Shown: in pieces, positions 1 to 12,638 of the stretch | How the letters are laid out: each line of letters starts with the position of its first letter | Numbering within the stretch: position 1 is the stretch's first letter | From: Octopus sinensis | Lineage: Eukaryota | Direction of reading: 5' to 3' | DNA: 64,000 nt | Assembly: GCF_006345805.1 (NCBI RefSeq) | Contig: NC_042999.1 | Coordinates: 92,132,001 to 92,196,000, forward strand | Program-made: the position numbers and the translations under genes | The notes under the pieces: model-generated | What the model was told of the DNA's origin: nothing | Database searches by the model: none | What the model saw: only the letters and a program-made list of their open reading frames with translations

Positions 1-3000
1 AACGCAGTGAGACAAACTCAAGGGCTGCCCCGGGCAGCATACACTCTACCTACATGATTGATGTGATACATGATATCAGTACAAAAGAGTTATTTCTGTA
101 GTTGTTCTGTCTGATGTTATTGTTGTTGCTGATCATATTGCTGCTGTTCTTGTTTTAATTGTCATTGTCTTTTAGCCCAAGGTATTGAAACCATCAAGGA
201 GCTATTTAAACCTATTTTAAATGGTTTTTAACATTCTTCAATACATACTATATACTTTTGATTCTTTTGAAGTCTTTCATTCTTTATTTCATTTCTTTCT
301 TTTTATTTCTATTTTCTGATAGCGTTTCATGTATGATTCTGTTTTATTAATTATAATTTGACACTTAATAATTATCTTGTGATATCATTTAACGGATTTC
401 TATGTATATTTATTACCTTTGTGTTAATAAATGCCTTCTGGCATTTGGACTTTTCGCTTTGAATTCCTCATTTCACCATCACCAACACGATTTACTATTA
501 TTCTCAGTCTGCTAATTTTACCATTTTCTACAATAATTTCGACGGTTTTCTTCTGCCAACAATTTTATGCCACTCTCTCTACATTTAATAATTTCTCTTC
601 TTGTCTGTTGCTGGGTGTTAAGAGTAATCTAAACTTTACGTGATGACATGAATTGACTGAAGATGATCACTTGTCTTTGAGTCTTATTTATATATATATT
701 ACGTTGCATATGATGGACAATAGCAACGTTCATTACAAATTTTCAATGGATTAATCACTGGTCCTTAAAATTTCTCACGGCAAAAACCAGAAGGGTGCGA
801 CTATGTAAACCGACGTGTAATAAATAATGTTGTTCACATAGTTTCCTGTCATATATCATCAAAAGATACCCACCCTTTCTCTCTCTATCTCTATCTACCC
901 CTCTCTCTCACTCACTCACACACTCACACACACATACACAACGTGTGTGCGAGCGGAATTAAAACCACGCACACATAAGTTCTGGAAAGTAGGTGTAAGC
1001 CTGCGTTAACGAAGTGTCATTCACTCAAGCTGCTTAACAGTAATTAAAAGTTCAATTTGAAATATAATGGAAACCATCAATTTCACATACCCGCCAAACA
1101 TGTTTTGTTGCTGCATTCACTCGTAATGCCTATTGCTTAGAGTGCTGCATTTACAATAGCTAGATTGTGGTTTCGGTTTTCCAGACCGTTAGTGCGTTTA
1201 GTTTTTTGAGTAAAATACTTCATTATACGTTGCTGTAGTTCATTCAACCGCAAATTGGTAATCTTGCGACGGACTGGCGTTCAGTCCAGAAAGAATGTTG
1301 GCTTGCACGGCTTGCCTGCGACATAGTATCATTCGAAGGCAAGAACAAAGCAAGGAAGCGCATTGTGACCAGCTGTATATAAAAAAGTAATATGTGTGCA
1401 TGTATGTATGTATGTATGTATGTATGTATGCATGTATGTATGTATGTATGTATGTATGTGACTGAGTTGCAAGCAGATTTACTTCTGCCTTTATAGCACA
1501 TAAAGAAAACGTTGTTGTAGGAATGTACGCAGCACGTGTACTACAGCAGTACAATGCGCAGCTTAAATACTGAGATTGAAAGGCAGGGGTGAATTATGCC
1601 TACTAATCTACAGAAAAATAAAATACTTGGCTTTTTATGCATATTAATCGGAGTAACCTTCATAATTTTATTGAATTATGTGCATATTTTGCCATGAGAG
1701 GAAAATGTTGCTATCGAACTATTTTATTCAAGATAGGCACTACCTACCTTGCCTACCTAGGCGGCACGTCCCTCATGTATTGTTAGTTTATCATATATCA
1801 GAAAAAGAAGCACACTGAATGTATACTTGATACCATCAATTGATGTATTCTAAGCCCCTTTCGCATTTTCTCTCTGTTTCTTTCTCCATACCACACTTTA
1901 TCCTAATTACCATGTCTCCCATTGAACCTATATATCTATAAACACCGTCCTATACTACTCTCTTAGCCAGATTCTTCTGCTGAGGATAACAAGATTTCAT
2001 TTCACGAATCTATACAAAATTTGTGTTATTATAGTAACCTACTGTATCATGGCTTTTATTACATAATGAACATGGGTGTAACATCAATCATGGTTTATCC
2101 AAAACAACTGAAAAGATAGCCTATTACATCATGATTATTTTTAATTCTTAAAGTGCGAGAAAAGGCTTCATGTACCAAATGAGTAAATCCAAAAACGTCT
2201 TTTCTTTTGTTAAGGATAATTTTATATCTGTTTTCAATTTAAACAAATACAAAAGCTATAAAATATTTAACTCTCTTAGATTATAAAAAGATAAAAGGAA
2301 ATCATTTGAATATAAATTCATTTGAGATTTCCGCATTCTTGTTGTCAAATGAATGTACAAATTTTAAAAAATCGGTGCCCCTTTCCATCCACAATTAGTT
2401 GAAGGAACAATTTCTTCTCTGCCAGCTAGAACCTCACCATCATCATCTCTATCTATCTCATCTGGTGCTAAAGGAAAGTTAGAAAAAACTTCATTGCAAT
2501 ACAAAATATGCCATTTGCGACTCGATTTATCCCATCAATAAGGGCCGCTTATGCCTAGGCGCATTTGACGGAATAGACGCTTGGATGTTAAACAATTATG
2601 ACAGTAGCCATTAAAATTTTGAAATATCACTTGATGATGTCAGCTGTCCTGAAATAAAATATCTATAAAATATCTCGCCGTTTAAGGGTAAAATATCAAA
2701 TATTCTCTCCTTGTGGAATTCTCCATCTTTATATCTCTATATCTTTTGGTCGTAAGTCTTATAGATCAGGGTTGATGTAGGACTAAACAGCAACAGCAAT
2801 AGCAGCAACAGCCATTTTAACCGCTACTGCTCCTAACGCCATCACGGCTACAACCAGTAACATCATTACAACTAAAACCATCCTCACCGCCATCGGCATC
2901 ATGACATCATTTTTATCATCATGGTCGTCATCGTTGTCATCATCGTCATTATCATTTTCACTTTTCATCTGCATCTGCATCACTAACATCATCATCTCTA

Positions 3001-3131
3001 TATCTTTCTTTCCATCATAAATCCCTTAAACACTGTCACGTGCTTGCATTTCTCTCGGTTGCCTTTCCAAGTGCGTCACCTTACTGTTTCGTTTTTGTTT
3101 GTTTTGCCAGCTTCTTACCATGGATACATAT

Positions 3132-3177
<46 letters not shown>

Positions 3178-4014
3178 TCTCTGGACTGTTCCCTATGACT
3201 GTATTTCTATTTAATTATATTTCTTTCTTTCTTTTGTGGTAAGGGGATAATTTTCCACCAATAGTTTTTACCTTTTTCAGTTTTAAGATAATGCAATAAA
3301 ACTTGTTCCTCCTGCATTGTTTTCACACAACAGACACACACACACACATATGCGTAGTGCATGTATCTGTGTGTCTGTACGTACGTACGTATGTATGTAT
3401 GTATGTATGTATGTATGTATGTATGTATGTATGTATGTATGTATGTATGTATGTATATAAATTCAGGCTAGAGAAAAGTCACTTGGCCAAGATTATGCAA
3501 TTTCCGTCTTCATAATTTCACACACAAAATATTAGTCAACTCGGACTATGATTGAATTTGCTTTCCCAAAGGTGCCACTGAATGGAATCGAACCGGAAAC
3601 CATGTGGTATAAAGTATATTCACTGAGCTTCACATATACGTGTAATCCTATTCTAATCCTTCATAATATATACGCGTAATCCTAGTCTAAGTGTGTAATT
3701 TATTCTAATCCTCAGTAATAGCTTAACCTCTCACTATTCACGTTTAAGTATTTGTTATCTAGCTTGTTCGGTGTTAAGCTGCAATTGCGTTCTTAAAGAT
3801 TGCAGAGACTTAGAATAAGAAAATAAAAGACAAGAGAAAGAGAGGCGTGAGGGAAAGATGGGTGTTAATATACCCATGTTGATAAGGTAGCTTAAGCAAA
3901 GGTGAAATGAAGAACAAGATTCTGAACCATTTGCTGGTCAGTGAAAAGAATCTTAATATTTGTGCATCATGGTTGTGTGTGTGTGCGCGCGCGCGCCCGT
4001 GTATGTGTCTACAC

Positions 4015-4233
4015 CAGTACTTTTCAAACTTTTTACTGAAGCGGAACCCCAAGGAAACATTCCACTGGCTCGAGGAACCCCTGTGCAATAATTTAATTGT
4101 CTTATGCACACATATCTGCACAGTAGAATTAAAAATTACTGTCGATTTTAGCATTTTTGTAACTTCTTGCGGAACCCCTGAACTGTACTGTCGGAACCCT
4201 AAGGTTCCGCGGAACCCTGGTTGAAAACCACTG
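4015..4233. mobile_element. hAT-type (Charlie-like) MITE
   Basis: Termini CAGTACTTTTCAAAC...GGTTGAAAACCACTG form an imperfect TIR. A perfect 8-bp TSD GTCTACAC lies at 4007-4014 and 4234-4241. Confidence 0.85.
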
Positions 4234-4366
4234 GTCTACACCAACACACGCATTTGATTGACTTTTCTGAAGAATTTCCATGTTCGATCTTACAACGTGT
4301 TGCCTTCTCCATGTGTCTTCTACTATAGACTCGGGTTTAACATATTTTGAGAGCGAAGCAAGTATC

Positions 4367-4690
4367 AAGGCGCATGGCCAGTTGGTTGTGGTGTTGCACA
4401 CACGATCACGAGATTGTTGTTTCGATTCCCCAGACTGGAGGTATGTTGTGATCTTGAGCAAAACACTTAATTTCACATTGCTGTAGTCCACTCAGCTGTA
4501 AATTGGCAACTGCGAGGTATTGGCATGCCATTCAAGGAGTAATGTTGCTCTGTGCACCTAATCAATGGATTAGCATCACTCGAAAGATACAATTATGCGA
4601 CAATGCAAGGGAATGCATGGAGACCAGCTGTGTTTAACAACAACCAATAGTCTGCTCATATACAATGATATAGACAAATGCACTTATCAA
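4367..4690 (+). mobile_element. tRNA-derived SINE (family with TTCTTGAGCAAAACACTT core), degenerate
   Basis: tRNA-like head GGCGCATGGCCAGTTGGTT...GTTTCGATTCC followed by TTGAGCAAAACACTTAATTTCACATTGC. The same head and core recur at about 46.8 kb (minus) and 52.3 kb (plus). Confidence 0.7.
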
Positions 4691-4919
4691 ATGTCATACA
4701 GCATGAATGTTTGATTTATTAAAATTATCTCCGCCTTTAGGAAATGTGTCGTAATTATCAAGTGACAATTAGGACAAACTCCAGATTAGAAAGGGAGATA
4801 ATTTCAAGAATCAATAATTTCTCCAGAATTGTCCTGCTATTATAAAACAGGGCGTATGAGCGTGCGTGCGTGCGTGCTATACTTACGATAGGCTTCTGTG
4901 TAATACCGGTAATAAATTT

Positions 4920-5152
4920 AAGGCGGCGAGCTAGCAAAGTAGTTAGCACGCCGGGCGAAATGCGTAGCCGTATTTCGTCTGCCGCTACGTTCTGAGTTCA
5001 AATTCTGCCGAGGTCGACTTTGCCTTTCATCCTTTCGGGGTCGATTAAATAAGTACCAGTTACGCACTGGTGTCGATATAATCGACTTAATCCGTTTGTC
5101 TGTCCTTGTTTGTCCTCTCTGTGTTTAGCCCCTTCTGGGTACTAAAGAAATA
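4920..5152 (+). mobile_element. tRNA-derived SINE (GGCGGCGAGCTGGCAGAA family), full-length with TSD
   Basis: Head AGGCGGCGAGCTAGCAAAG..GAGTTCAAATTC and central GACTTTGCCTTTCATCCTTTCGGGGTCGAT domain. A 12-bp direct repeat GGTAATAAATTT flanks it at 4908-4919 and 5153-5164. Several other copies occur in the window. Confidence 0.9.
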
Positions 5153-5659
5153 GGTAATAAATTTCACTACAAATCAAGTTACAGTACCACATTGTGCTAT
5201 TGAACCCGTTATCATATGGTCAAATATCGAAATTCTTAACTACATAGTAACGTGTGATTACTTGTGTGTATAAATTAAATCCTAGCAATAAAAAAAAACA
5301 TAGCTAATCAATTATTTTTGATATCTGTTATCCATTTAAAACATTAACTTTTATTGTGGCTATATTTTACCGGTGGCAATATAAATTTAGATTGTGAATC
5401 CCCAAAGAAATCACTTTTAACTGCACTAAATTAGCTAAGGATTAAGGTATGTTCTTTTTTAAAATTATCGCTTTCACCGTGTTTACGAAATCAGTGACAG
5501 TATCAAAGCTTGGTTCAAAGGTTTCGTTTCGTCAGGGGAAAATCTTACCGTTAAAATTGTCGAAAGCCATCACCGAATATCGTATCTCTTATCGATTTTA
5601 TCACACAGTAATCAAGAAATCTTGAAATGTTATTTTAGTTCATTTTAGTGCGTACGCAC

Positions 5660-5724
5660 ATACATACATACGTACACATATACATATGCATGTATATATA
5701 TACACACACACACACACACACATA

Positions 5725-5811
<87 letters not shown>

Positions 5812-6225
5812 TAGATAGATTTTTTAAACAGAATAACACGAGAGAAATAAATCAGGGTATATACGTTAAAAAAACATGCATATTCGACGTGTCTTTTCCC
5901 TACTTATATATATTACGGCTCTGAAATTTAATCTTTCTGTTTCCATGAAGAAATATTCGCATTTTATCCCCACCATATTTATTGTCATCACTAATACTTT
6001 ATATACAAATACAAACGCACATGTATGTGTGAATGTATGTACGTACGTATATATGTATTTATGTATACACATGTATGTATGTATGTATGTATGTATGTAT
6101 GTATGTATGTATGTATGTATGTATGTACGTATGTATGTATGTATGTATGTATGTATGTATGTATGTATGTATGTATGTATGTATGTATGTACGTATGTAT
6201 GTATGTACGTATGTATGTATGAATA
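5660..6225. repeat. Compound microsatellite cluster (CA)n/(TA)n/(GTAT)n
   Basis: Direct reading. Representative of dozens of similar tracts, for example 1398-1460, 3385-3455, 13690-13810, 15715-15911, 25620-25720, 26495-26760, 31310-31410, 45895-45995 and 49140-49230. Confidence 0.98.
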
Positions 6226-6949
6226 CACATGCAATGTTGTTATTATTAAAATTCTCCATTTGAAATTTATATCTTCGAAAAGTCAGTGCACAGTCTTAAC
6301 TGCAAAATACAGAACATAATTTAATCATACATTGTTTCATATTTTTTTTTTTTTTCATTACTACTAAAATATTGAGGTTTTATAAATCAGATTGTTTTTC
6401 ATAACAATGTTTAAATATTCCGACTTTCATAACAATTTAGAGTCCGATTCATAGAACAAAATATGTTTGAAATATCAAGAAATTTGAATATGAAACAACA
6501 GAAGAATTATTTTCATCCTCCCCAGTACTGGAACAATACATAAACTTTATGAACATATGATCTCTAAATGAGGTATTTTAATAACGAGAGCCTTCCTATA
6601 TAAGCTCTCCAATTATTTTTCTGGAACATACACTTGTCTCTCGATAATGTCAGCAATTCTGGTACAGCTTTCTAAGTAAACATGATTTGATATCGTTATT
6701 CAAGCTTTACAGGGTTTAATATTTTCTCCATATATATATATACATATACATACATACACATATAATATATATATATATATGCGCACACACACACACACAT
6801 ATATATCGATATAGATTTAATATATGCCGATTTAATATATACTGTCCACATATATTGTGTAAAATATTATTGTCTCCCGGTATTGGTACCGATACTGTTA
6901 CAGCACTTTATATGAACGTCTCTTAATATCAATATTTACACATTTAGAA

Positions 6950-7360
6950 AGGCGGAGGTACGGCAGATCAGTTAAAGCGCCGGAGAATGCTTTCTAGTAT
7001 TTCTTGTGGTTCTTTATGATCCTCTTTTCGAGATAGATAAAATATAGTACTAGCTAACTATTAGAGTTGATGTTATCCACTGGTGCCCTCTTTCAAATTG
7101 CTGACCTTGTGCTCAGCAATTTGATTTTCAAAGGCAGGCAGAATCGTGACAGCGTCGAAAAATTGCTTTCGAGAATTTCATTCGGTTCTTTGCTATATGG
7201 ATTCAACTCTCACCGAAGTCAACTTTGCTTTTCACTCTTCTTTCGGGGATCGATAGCATAAATAAAGTTCTAGTCAACTATTGGAAGTCGATGTTACCGA
7301 TTTGTCTTCTTCTCTTAAAACTTGCGGGTCTTGTGTCTCAATCAGAAACCAATATATACA
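6950..7360 (+). mobile_element. Old, interrupted copy of the GGCGGCGAGCTGG SINE family
   Basis: AAGGCGGAGGTACGGCAGA head at about 6950. GTCAACTTTGCTTTTCACTCTTCTTTCGGGGATCGATA core at about 7218-7260. Confidence 0.5.
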
Positions 7361-8399
7361 TATTACTACATACTGTCTGTATATATTCAGCTTTATATAT
7401 ATAAACATATATATTATCCACATATTCCGTGTGAAATATAATTAGCACTCGATACTGTTACCGGAATTGGTACAGCATTACATGATCTGATATCAATATA
7501 TACGAATTTAAACGTGAAAAGAATACGTAATGTGCCATTTTCCGTGCTATTTGAATGTTTTAAGATAGGATTTTCAAACGAGAAATGTTAATGATCTGTT
7601 TAAATCTCAGCAGCTCTTGCCCAATTTTCATGATCCAGACTCGTTCAGGGGCACGACACAATTGCATGACATGTTTATTCGCATACCATGAAGCTTGTCA
7701 AAGAAAGATGCTTTTGAAAGATGACGCAAACTAGAACCACAACAGGTACTAGTATATTCTGCGTCTTCGGTCAGCCCTACTATGTGGGTCTCCCGCTCCA
7801 AGTCCTGCAATGTATCCCTTCTCTTAGCCATGCAATTTGCGCTCCTTACAATGTGAGTCCTCTTTTCCTAGCTCAATAGAGGTGCACCCTCTTTAAAAAC
7901 TTTTTTCTGCAAATTCTTACAGTCACCACCTTCTTAATACAAACAGTTGAAAAACTATAATTACATTGCGCCTAAGAAATCTTTAGTATTATCATTATGC
8001 ACATCCCCAAGTATATCTGTAACGCGGAAAAAATTTGAAATGTTTCATGCTGAATTATGTGACAGAACAAAGTACCACCTAATCATCTCGTTTTCCCCAC
8101 TCCCATCAGCTCTGTCATAATAACTAGGACAACATTATATTGTATCAAGCAAGAATCAAAATCCCACACCTAGAGTTAACTTCTGCCACGTAGGAAAAAA
8201 ACAAGCGCTGATCTTCATTGAAAACATGCTATACTTCATGACTGGTAAATATCGTATATGTGAGTGCATGTGCGTATATATACGTATGTATGTATATTCT
8301 TCCATCAGTTTCAGTTGTTGGACTGTGGCCATGCTTGGGCACCACTTTTAAGTTTTTTTGTGGCATATCTTTTTCACTTTTGTCGAATTTTCATATCAG

Positions 8400-9512
8400 C
8401 AAGTTGATCAACAATTAAGTTAGCAGCAGCTGATCTTTTCTGAATGTAACCTTATGTAGTTGGCTTCTGGTATTTTAGTTCGGAGTTTGTCCAACTTTTC
8501 TTTCATTGCTATTGTAGACAGCCTTTTTATATTTCTGATTTCTTTAAGTAGGCTGTTGAACTCTTGAGGGCCTCTGTATATGAAACTGTTTCATTAAAGT
8601 GTTCTTGTACTCAACTGGAAACGTGATAAAAATGGAAGCCGACAGCATCTGCCAGTTTGCTGGCATTAAACATTTCACATATGTCTAAATCGAGGACATG
8701 GCTCTCCAAAATTTTCCATATATAAATAACAATGGATCTTTCTGTGTAGTCGAAGAGAAAAGAGATGTAGAGCTTTTAGACTTTTGTACAGTAATTAAGG
8801 CCTTTCACGAAAGATATTTTATAAGTGGACGTTCTCTGTAATCCCAGAATTTCTTGTATAGTACCGGGTGTATTAAGGAACCAAAACTATGAGCATTAAC
8901 CTATTTCTTTAGTACCCACAAGGGGCTAAACACAGAGAGGACAAACAAGGACAGACAAATGGATTAAGTCGATTATATCGACCCCAGTACATAACTGGTA
9001 CTTATTTAATCAACCCCGAAAGTATGAAAGGCAAAGTCGACCTCGGCGGAATTTGAACTCAGAACGTAACGGCAGACGAAATACGGCTACGCATTTCGCC
9101 CGGCATGCTAACGTTTCTGCCAGCTCACCGCCTTTTAACTATGAACATTAACCTAATCTACTAAACAGTTTCCATAATGTCGACATAATCATAAGTTCTC
9201 TTGTGACGAAGGTAAGAAGGATCCATTCATTAAGATGTCAGTATTCAGAGGTCAGTTCGGTAATGTGTCTAACAAAAATGCATCATTTGGCGTAATTATT
9301 CCTAATATCTGTATTGGATCAGAACTTTGAATCGCTCTATTCTGTGGTGTCAAAAATTTTCTATTTTACCTATCATCTCTGAAATTTTGATGCAATAAAT
9401 TTCAAATTATTTTCATTTGCCCATCAATAGATCTTGTGTAGTTCATTATGAAGTGTGTCGGCTTCCCCTGCAGTATTGATTCTCACTGATACTTTTGCGT
9501 CATCGGTATATC
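8400..9512 (-). mobile_element. Decayed non-LTR retrotransposon ORF2 3' part (CR1/Jockey-like), interrupted by a SINE
   Basis: Minus-strand translation gives RYTDDAKV (a YADD-like RT motif, about 9490-9512) and a degenerate ..RLHRKIHCYLYMENF / IYIWKILE segment matching the LERRRERY.IIY.WKILE C-terminal signature. Many stops and frameshifts. Confidence 0.6.
8904..9136 (-). mobile_element. tRNA-derived SINE (GGCGGCGAGCTGG family) with TSD
   Basis: Reverse complement of the 4920 element. Flanked by AACTATGA(G/A)CATTAACCTA at 8885-8903 and 9137-9155. Confidence 0.9.
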
Positions 9513-9899
9513 TCATTCGACTGGATGAGAGTAGTGTGGTTTAATACCTGTCAGCGTGATAATGAATAACAGTGGCCTAAGACTATATACATGACTTACA
9601 AGAAAGTTGACCGCAAACAGTGACAAAGAAATTTCTATGCAATTAGTTAAAGAGTCATAAATCGAGTCTTCTAGTTGCACCAAGATTTCTAAATCAGATG
9701 ATTTCATGATCGGTCTGGTCTTGTTGAATGTTTTAGCAAGTTCAAAGTGTGTGTGTATGTGCGTGAGTGAGTGTGTGTGTGCGCGCATGTGTATGTATGT
9801 GTGTGTGTATATATACTTGGGTGTCTACTACTTCACCCTCGGGATGAACGAATTTTTGGCGGAAACTATGCAGAAGCCCGTCATATATGTGTATATATA

Positions 9900-10082
9900 T
9901 ATATATATATAATATATATATATATATATACGCATACATAAGCACATATATGCATAAGCATATATGTTCATACATATGTACACATATACATATATATAAA
10001 TATGTGTATGGAAATATATGTGTGTGTGAATATGAATGCGCATATGTGTGTGTGGCTGTGCGTGTGCATGTGTTTGTATGTG

Positions 10083-10143
<61 letters not shown>

Positions 10144-10295
10144 CGCATACATAAGCACATATATGCATAAGCATATATGTTCATACATATGTACACATAT
10201 ACATATATATAAATATGTGTATGGAAATATATGTGTGTGTGAATATGAATGCGCATATGTGTGTGTGGCTGTGCGTGTGCATGTGTTTGTATGTG

Positions 10296-10335
<40 letters not shown>
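9900..10335. repeat. Tandem duplication, 213-bp period, embedded in TA/TG microsatellite
   Basis: CGCATACATAAGCACATATATGCATAAGC... starts at 9931 and again at 10144, with apparently identical non-microsatellite content. Confidence 0.9.
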
Positions 10336-10337
<2 letters not shown>

Positions 10338-11556
10338 TGTATGTATGTATACACACACAGATACGTACATATAGAATATACATACACACTACCGTGCACG
10401 CATTCATGTATGTTTGTATGTATGTATTCTATGTATGTATGTATGTATGCATGTATGTATGTATGTATGAGTGTCTGTTTCTACATATACAATCATAATT
10501 TACTCACATGTACATGTAACATACGCACACCCGACACAAAAGGAAACATTGTCTGTTACTTTATTCGTTTGTAAATTACATCCTGGCTAATACAATTAAT
10601 ATAGTAAGTCGTGTTTGCCATTTCTTGAATGGTCTGTATGTACACAGATATGTATCCAACAGTTTTCTCCAACGTTTACATAGTAAATATACAATAACTC
10701 ATAAATACTGGGACCTAGAGGATGCTGTTGTGGACGCAGGACACATACACCTGACACACACACACACACACACACATACACACGTACAGAATACTAGACG
10801 ACTAATCACCATACAGCCCCACCACAAAGTCTCACCCACACATCGCGTAACTTGTTGTCACACACCACAGGACACGAAACAAAAAAAAAGATTCTTCGAT
10901 AAACATTCCACACATCACTAAATACAATTGCTTGCTGCTGCAACAACTAGTAGTGGTGGTGGTGGTAGTGGTGGTGGTGGTGGTGGTGGTGGTAGTGGTG
11001 GTGGTGGTGTACTGTTGCTGGTGATGACGATGATGATGAAGACAACGACGACTGTGCTGTTATTGCTTTGAAAATGACGTTAATGTGTATTCAATAAAAT
11101 GTTTTTTTCTTCTCTGATTTTTGATTTTCCGTTTCGCTTCACTGGAGTTAATTAATTGACCATTCAGTTGCAAAATAATCATTTGGAGACCCAGAAGACA
11201 GTGGAGGAGAGTTAGGTAGCGTTGAAAGATTAAGAGTTTGGAAGTATCGGGTGTAAAATGCAGATATTTATTAGCTGTGACAGTTCATATAAATGAGTGT
11301 GTGTATGTATTTATGTGTACATTATGTATAAATATATACATGTGTGTGTATGTATTTATGTATTACACTATCTATCTACCTATATGTGTGTGTATGTGTG
11401 CGCGCGGGTATATTCGATAGATATTTAATAAGCTTCATTGCTCCACATGACTTAAAGTTTCGTAGGCGCTAAGACTCATCTATTTTATCAGATCATTCAG
11501 ATGTGCTCACGAAACTTTAAGCAATGTCGAGTTGAGTCAACTGGGAATTCCAACCA

Positions 11557-12060
11557 CGTTTCGTGGTACGCTACCATAGCTCCTTTATAGGATCCAGTGG
11601 CTAAAGACATCATCAGGAGAAACCATGTCCGGTTTCGGCCCCTACTCCTCTACCGTTTTTGACGTGGCGCCCTCCCCACTGTCGAAGGTGTCTTCAGCTC
11701 TCGTGTTGAGTGCGTTTTTTTCTTTCTCCTTTTTCTCTTGTTCTTTGGTTTCTTCGATGCACCGTCATCAATTGTCAGCGGACGAATGACCATCCTGTCA
11801 AATTTCCTTTCAAATACTCGCCGGTAGGTTCCAGCAGCCAGCACTAGCTATGTCACGTAACACCGTCTAAGCTTCAACTGACCAATGGAGGGGAAGAGCG
11901 CGTAGTTTTAGCCCGCGCCCTCTCTAAACCTGCCTTCCAACAGTGTCGTGTTAGTTTCAGTTCCAGCAGCCAGAGCCGACCAGACCAGCTGTTTGGTGGT
12001 ACAAGCCTTCGGACCAGAAGGAGGCCGCGCTATGAACGAGATCGCTAAATAAATGTATGT
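11557..12060. mobile_element. Unclassified GC-rich 504-bp insertion with putative 11-bp TSD
   Basis: AATTCCAACCA at 11546-11556 and 12061-12071 brackets a GC-rich block within AT-rich flanks. The plus strand ends in AAATAAATGTATGT. Confidence 0.45.
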
Positions 12061-12257
12061 AATTCCAACCAAATTCTTGAGTCTTACTTTCTTTCGTTTG
12101 TTAAACCATTCTGAAATATAATGATGACAGAAAGAAAAATGCACATGCAAAGATATGTTGGCAATATATATTTAAAATAAATGCACATACATTTTCTCCG
12201 GACACGAATTCGTATTTCCAATAGGCCCGACATTTATAATGAATTCATTTATATATT

Positions 12258-12638
12258 CTTTCACTTCAGACATTTCACTCTGGCCATGCTGGAGCGCCAC
12301 CTTTAGTCGAACAAATCAACCCCAGAACTTATTCTTTGTAAGCCTAGTAGTTATTCTATCGGTTTCTTTTGCTGAACCGCAAGATTACGTGGACGTAAAC
12401 ACACCAACATCGGTTGTCAAGTGATGGTGGGGGGGGGGCGGATAAACACAGACACACAACTACATATATATATACGATGGGCTTCTTTCAATTTCCGCCT
12501 ACCACATCCACTCACAAAGCTTTGGTCTGCCCGAAGCTACAGATGAAGATACTTGCCCAACGTGCCACGCTGTGGGGCTGAACCCGGAACCATGTGGTTG
12601 GGAAGCAAGCTTCTTACCACACAGCCACTCCTGCGCCT
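12258..12638 (-). mobile_element. tRNA-derived CORE-like SINE (AGGCGCAGGAGTGGCTGTGTGG family)
   Basis: Minus strand reads AGGCGCAGGAGTGGCTGTGTGGTAAGAAG...GGTTCAGCCCC...TTGGGCAAGTATCTT, an internal microsatellite, then a tail ending GCATGGCC. Homologues at 25455, 44724, 51452 and 54075. Confidence 0.9.

Noticed and set aside
2783-2995. Asp/Met/Val-rich ORF
   Set aside because: It is a (CAT)n/(CAA)n low-complexity tract.
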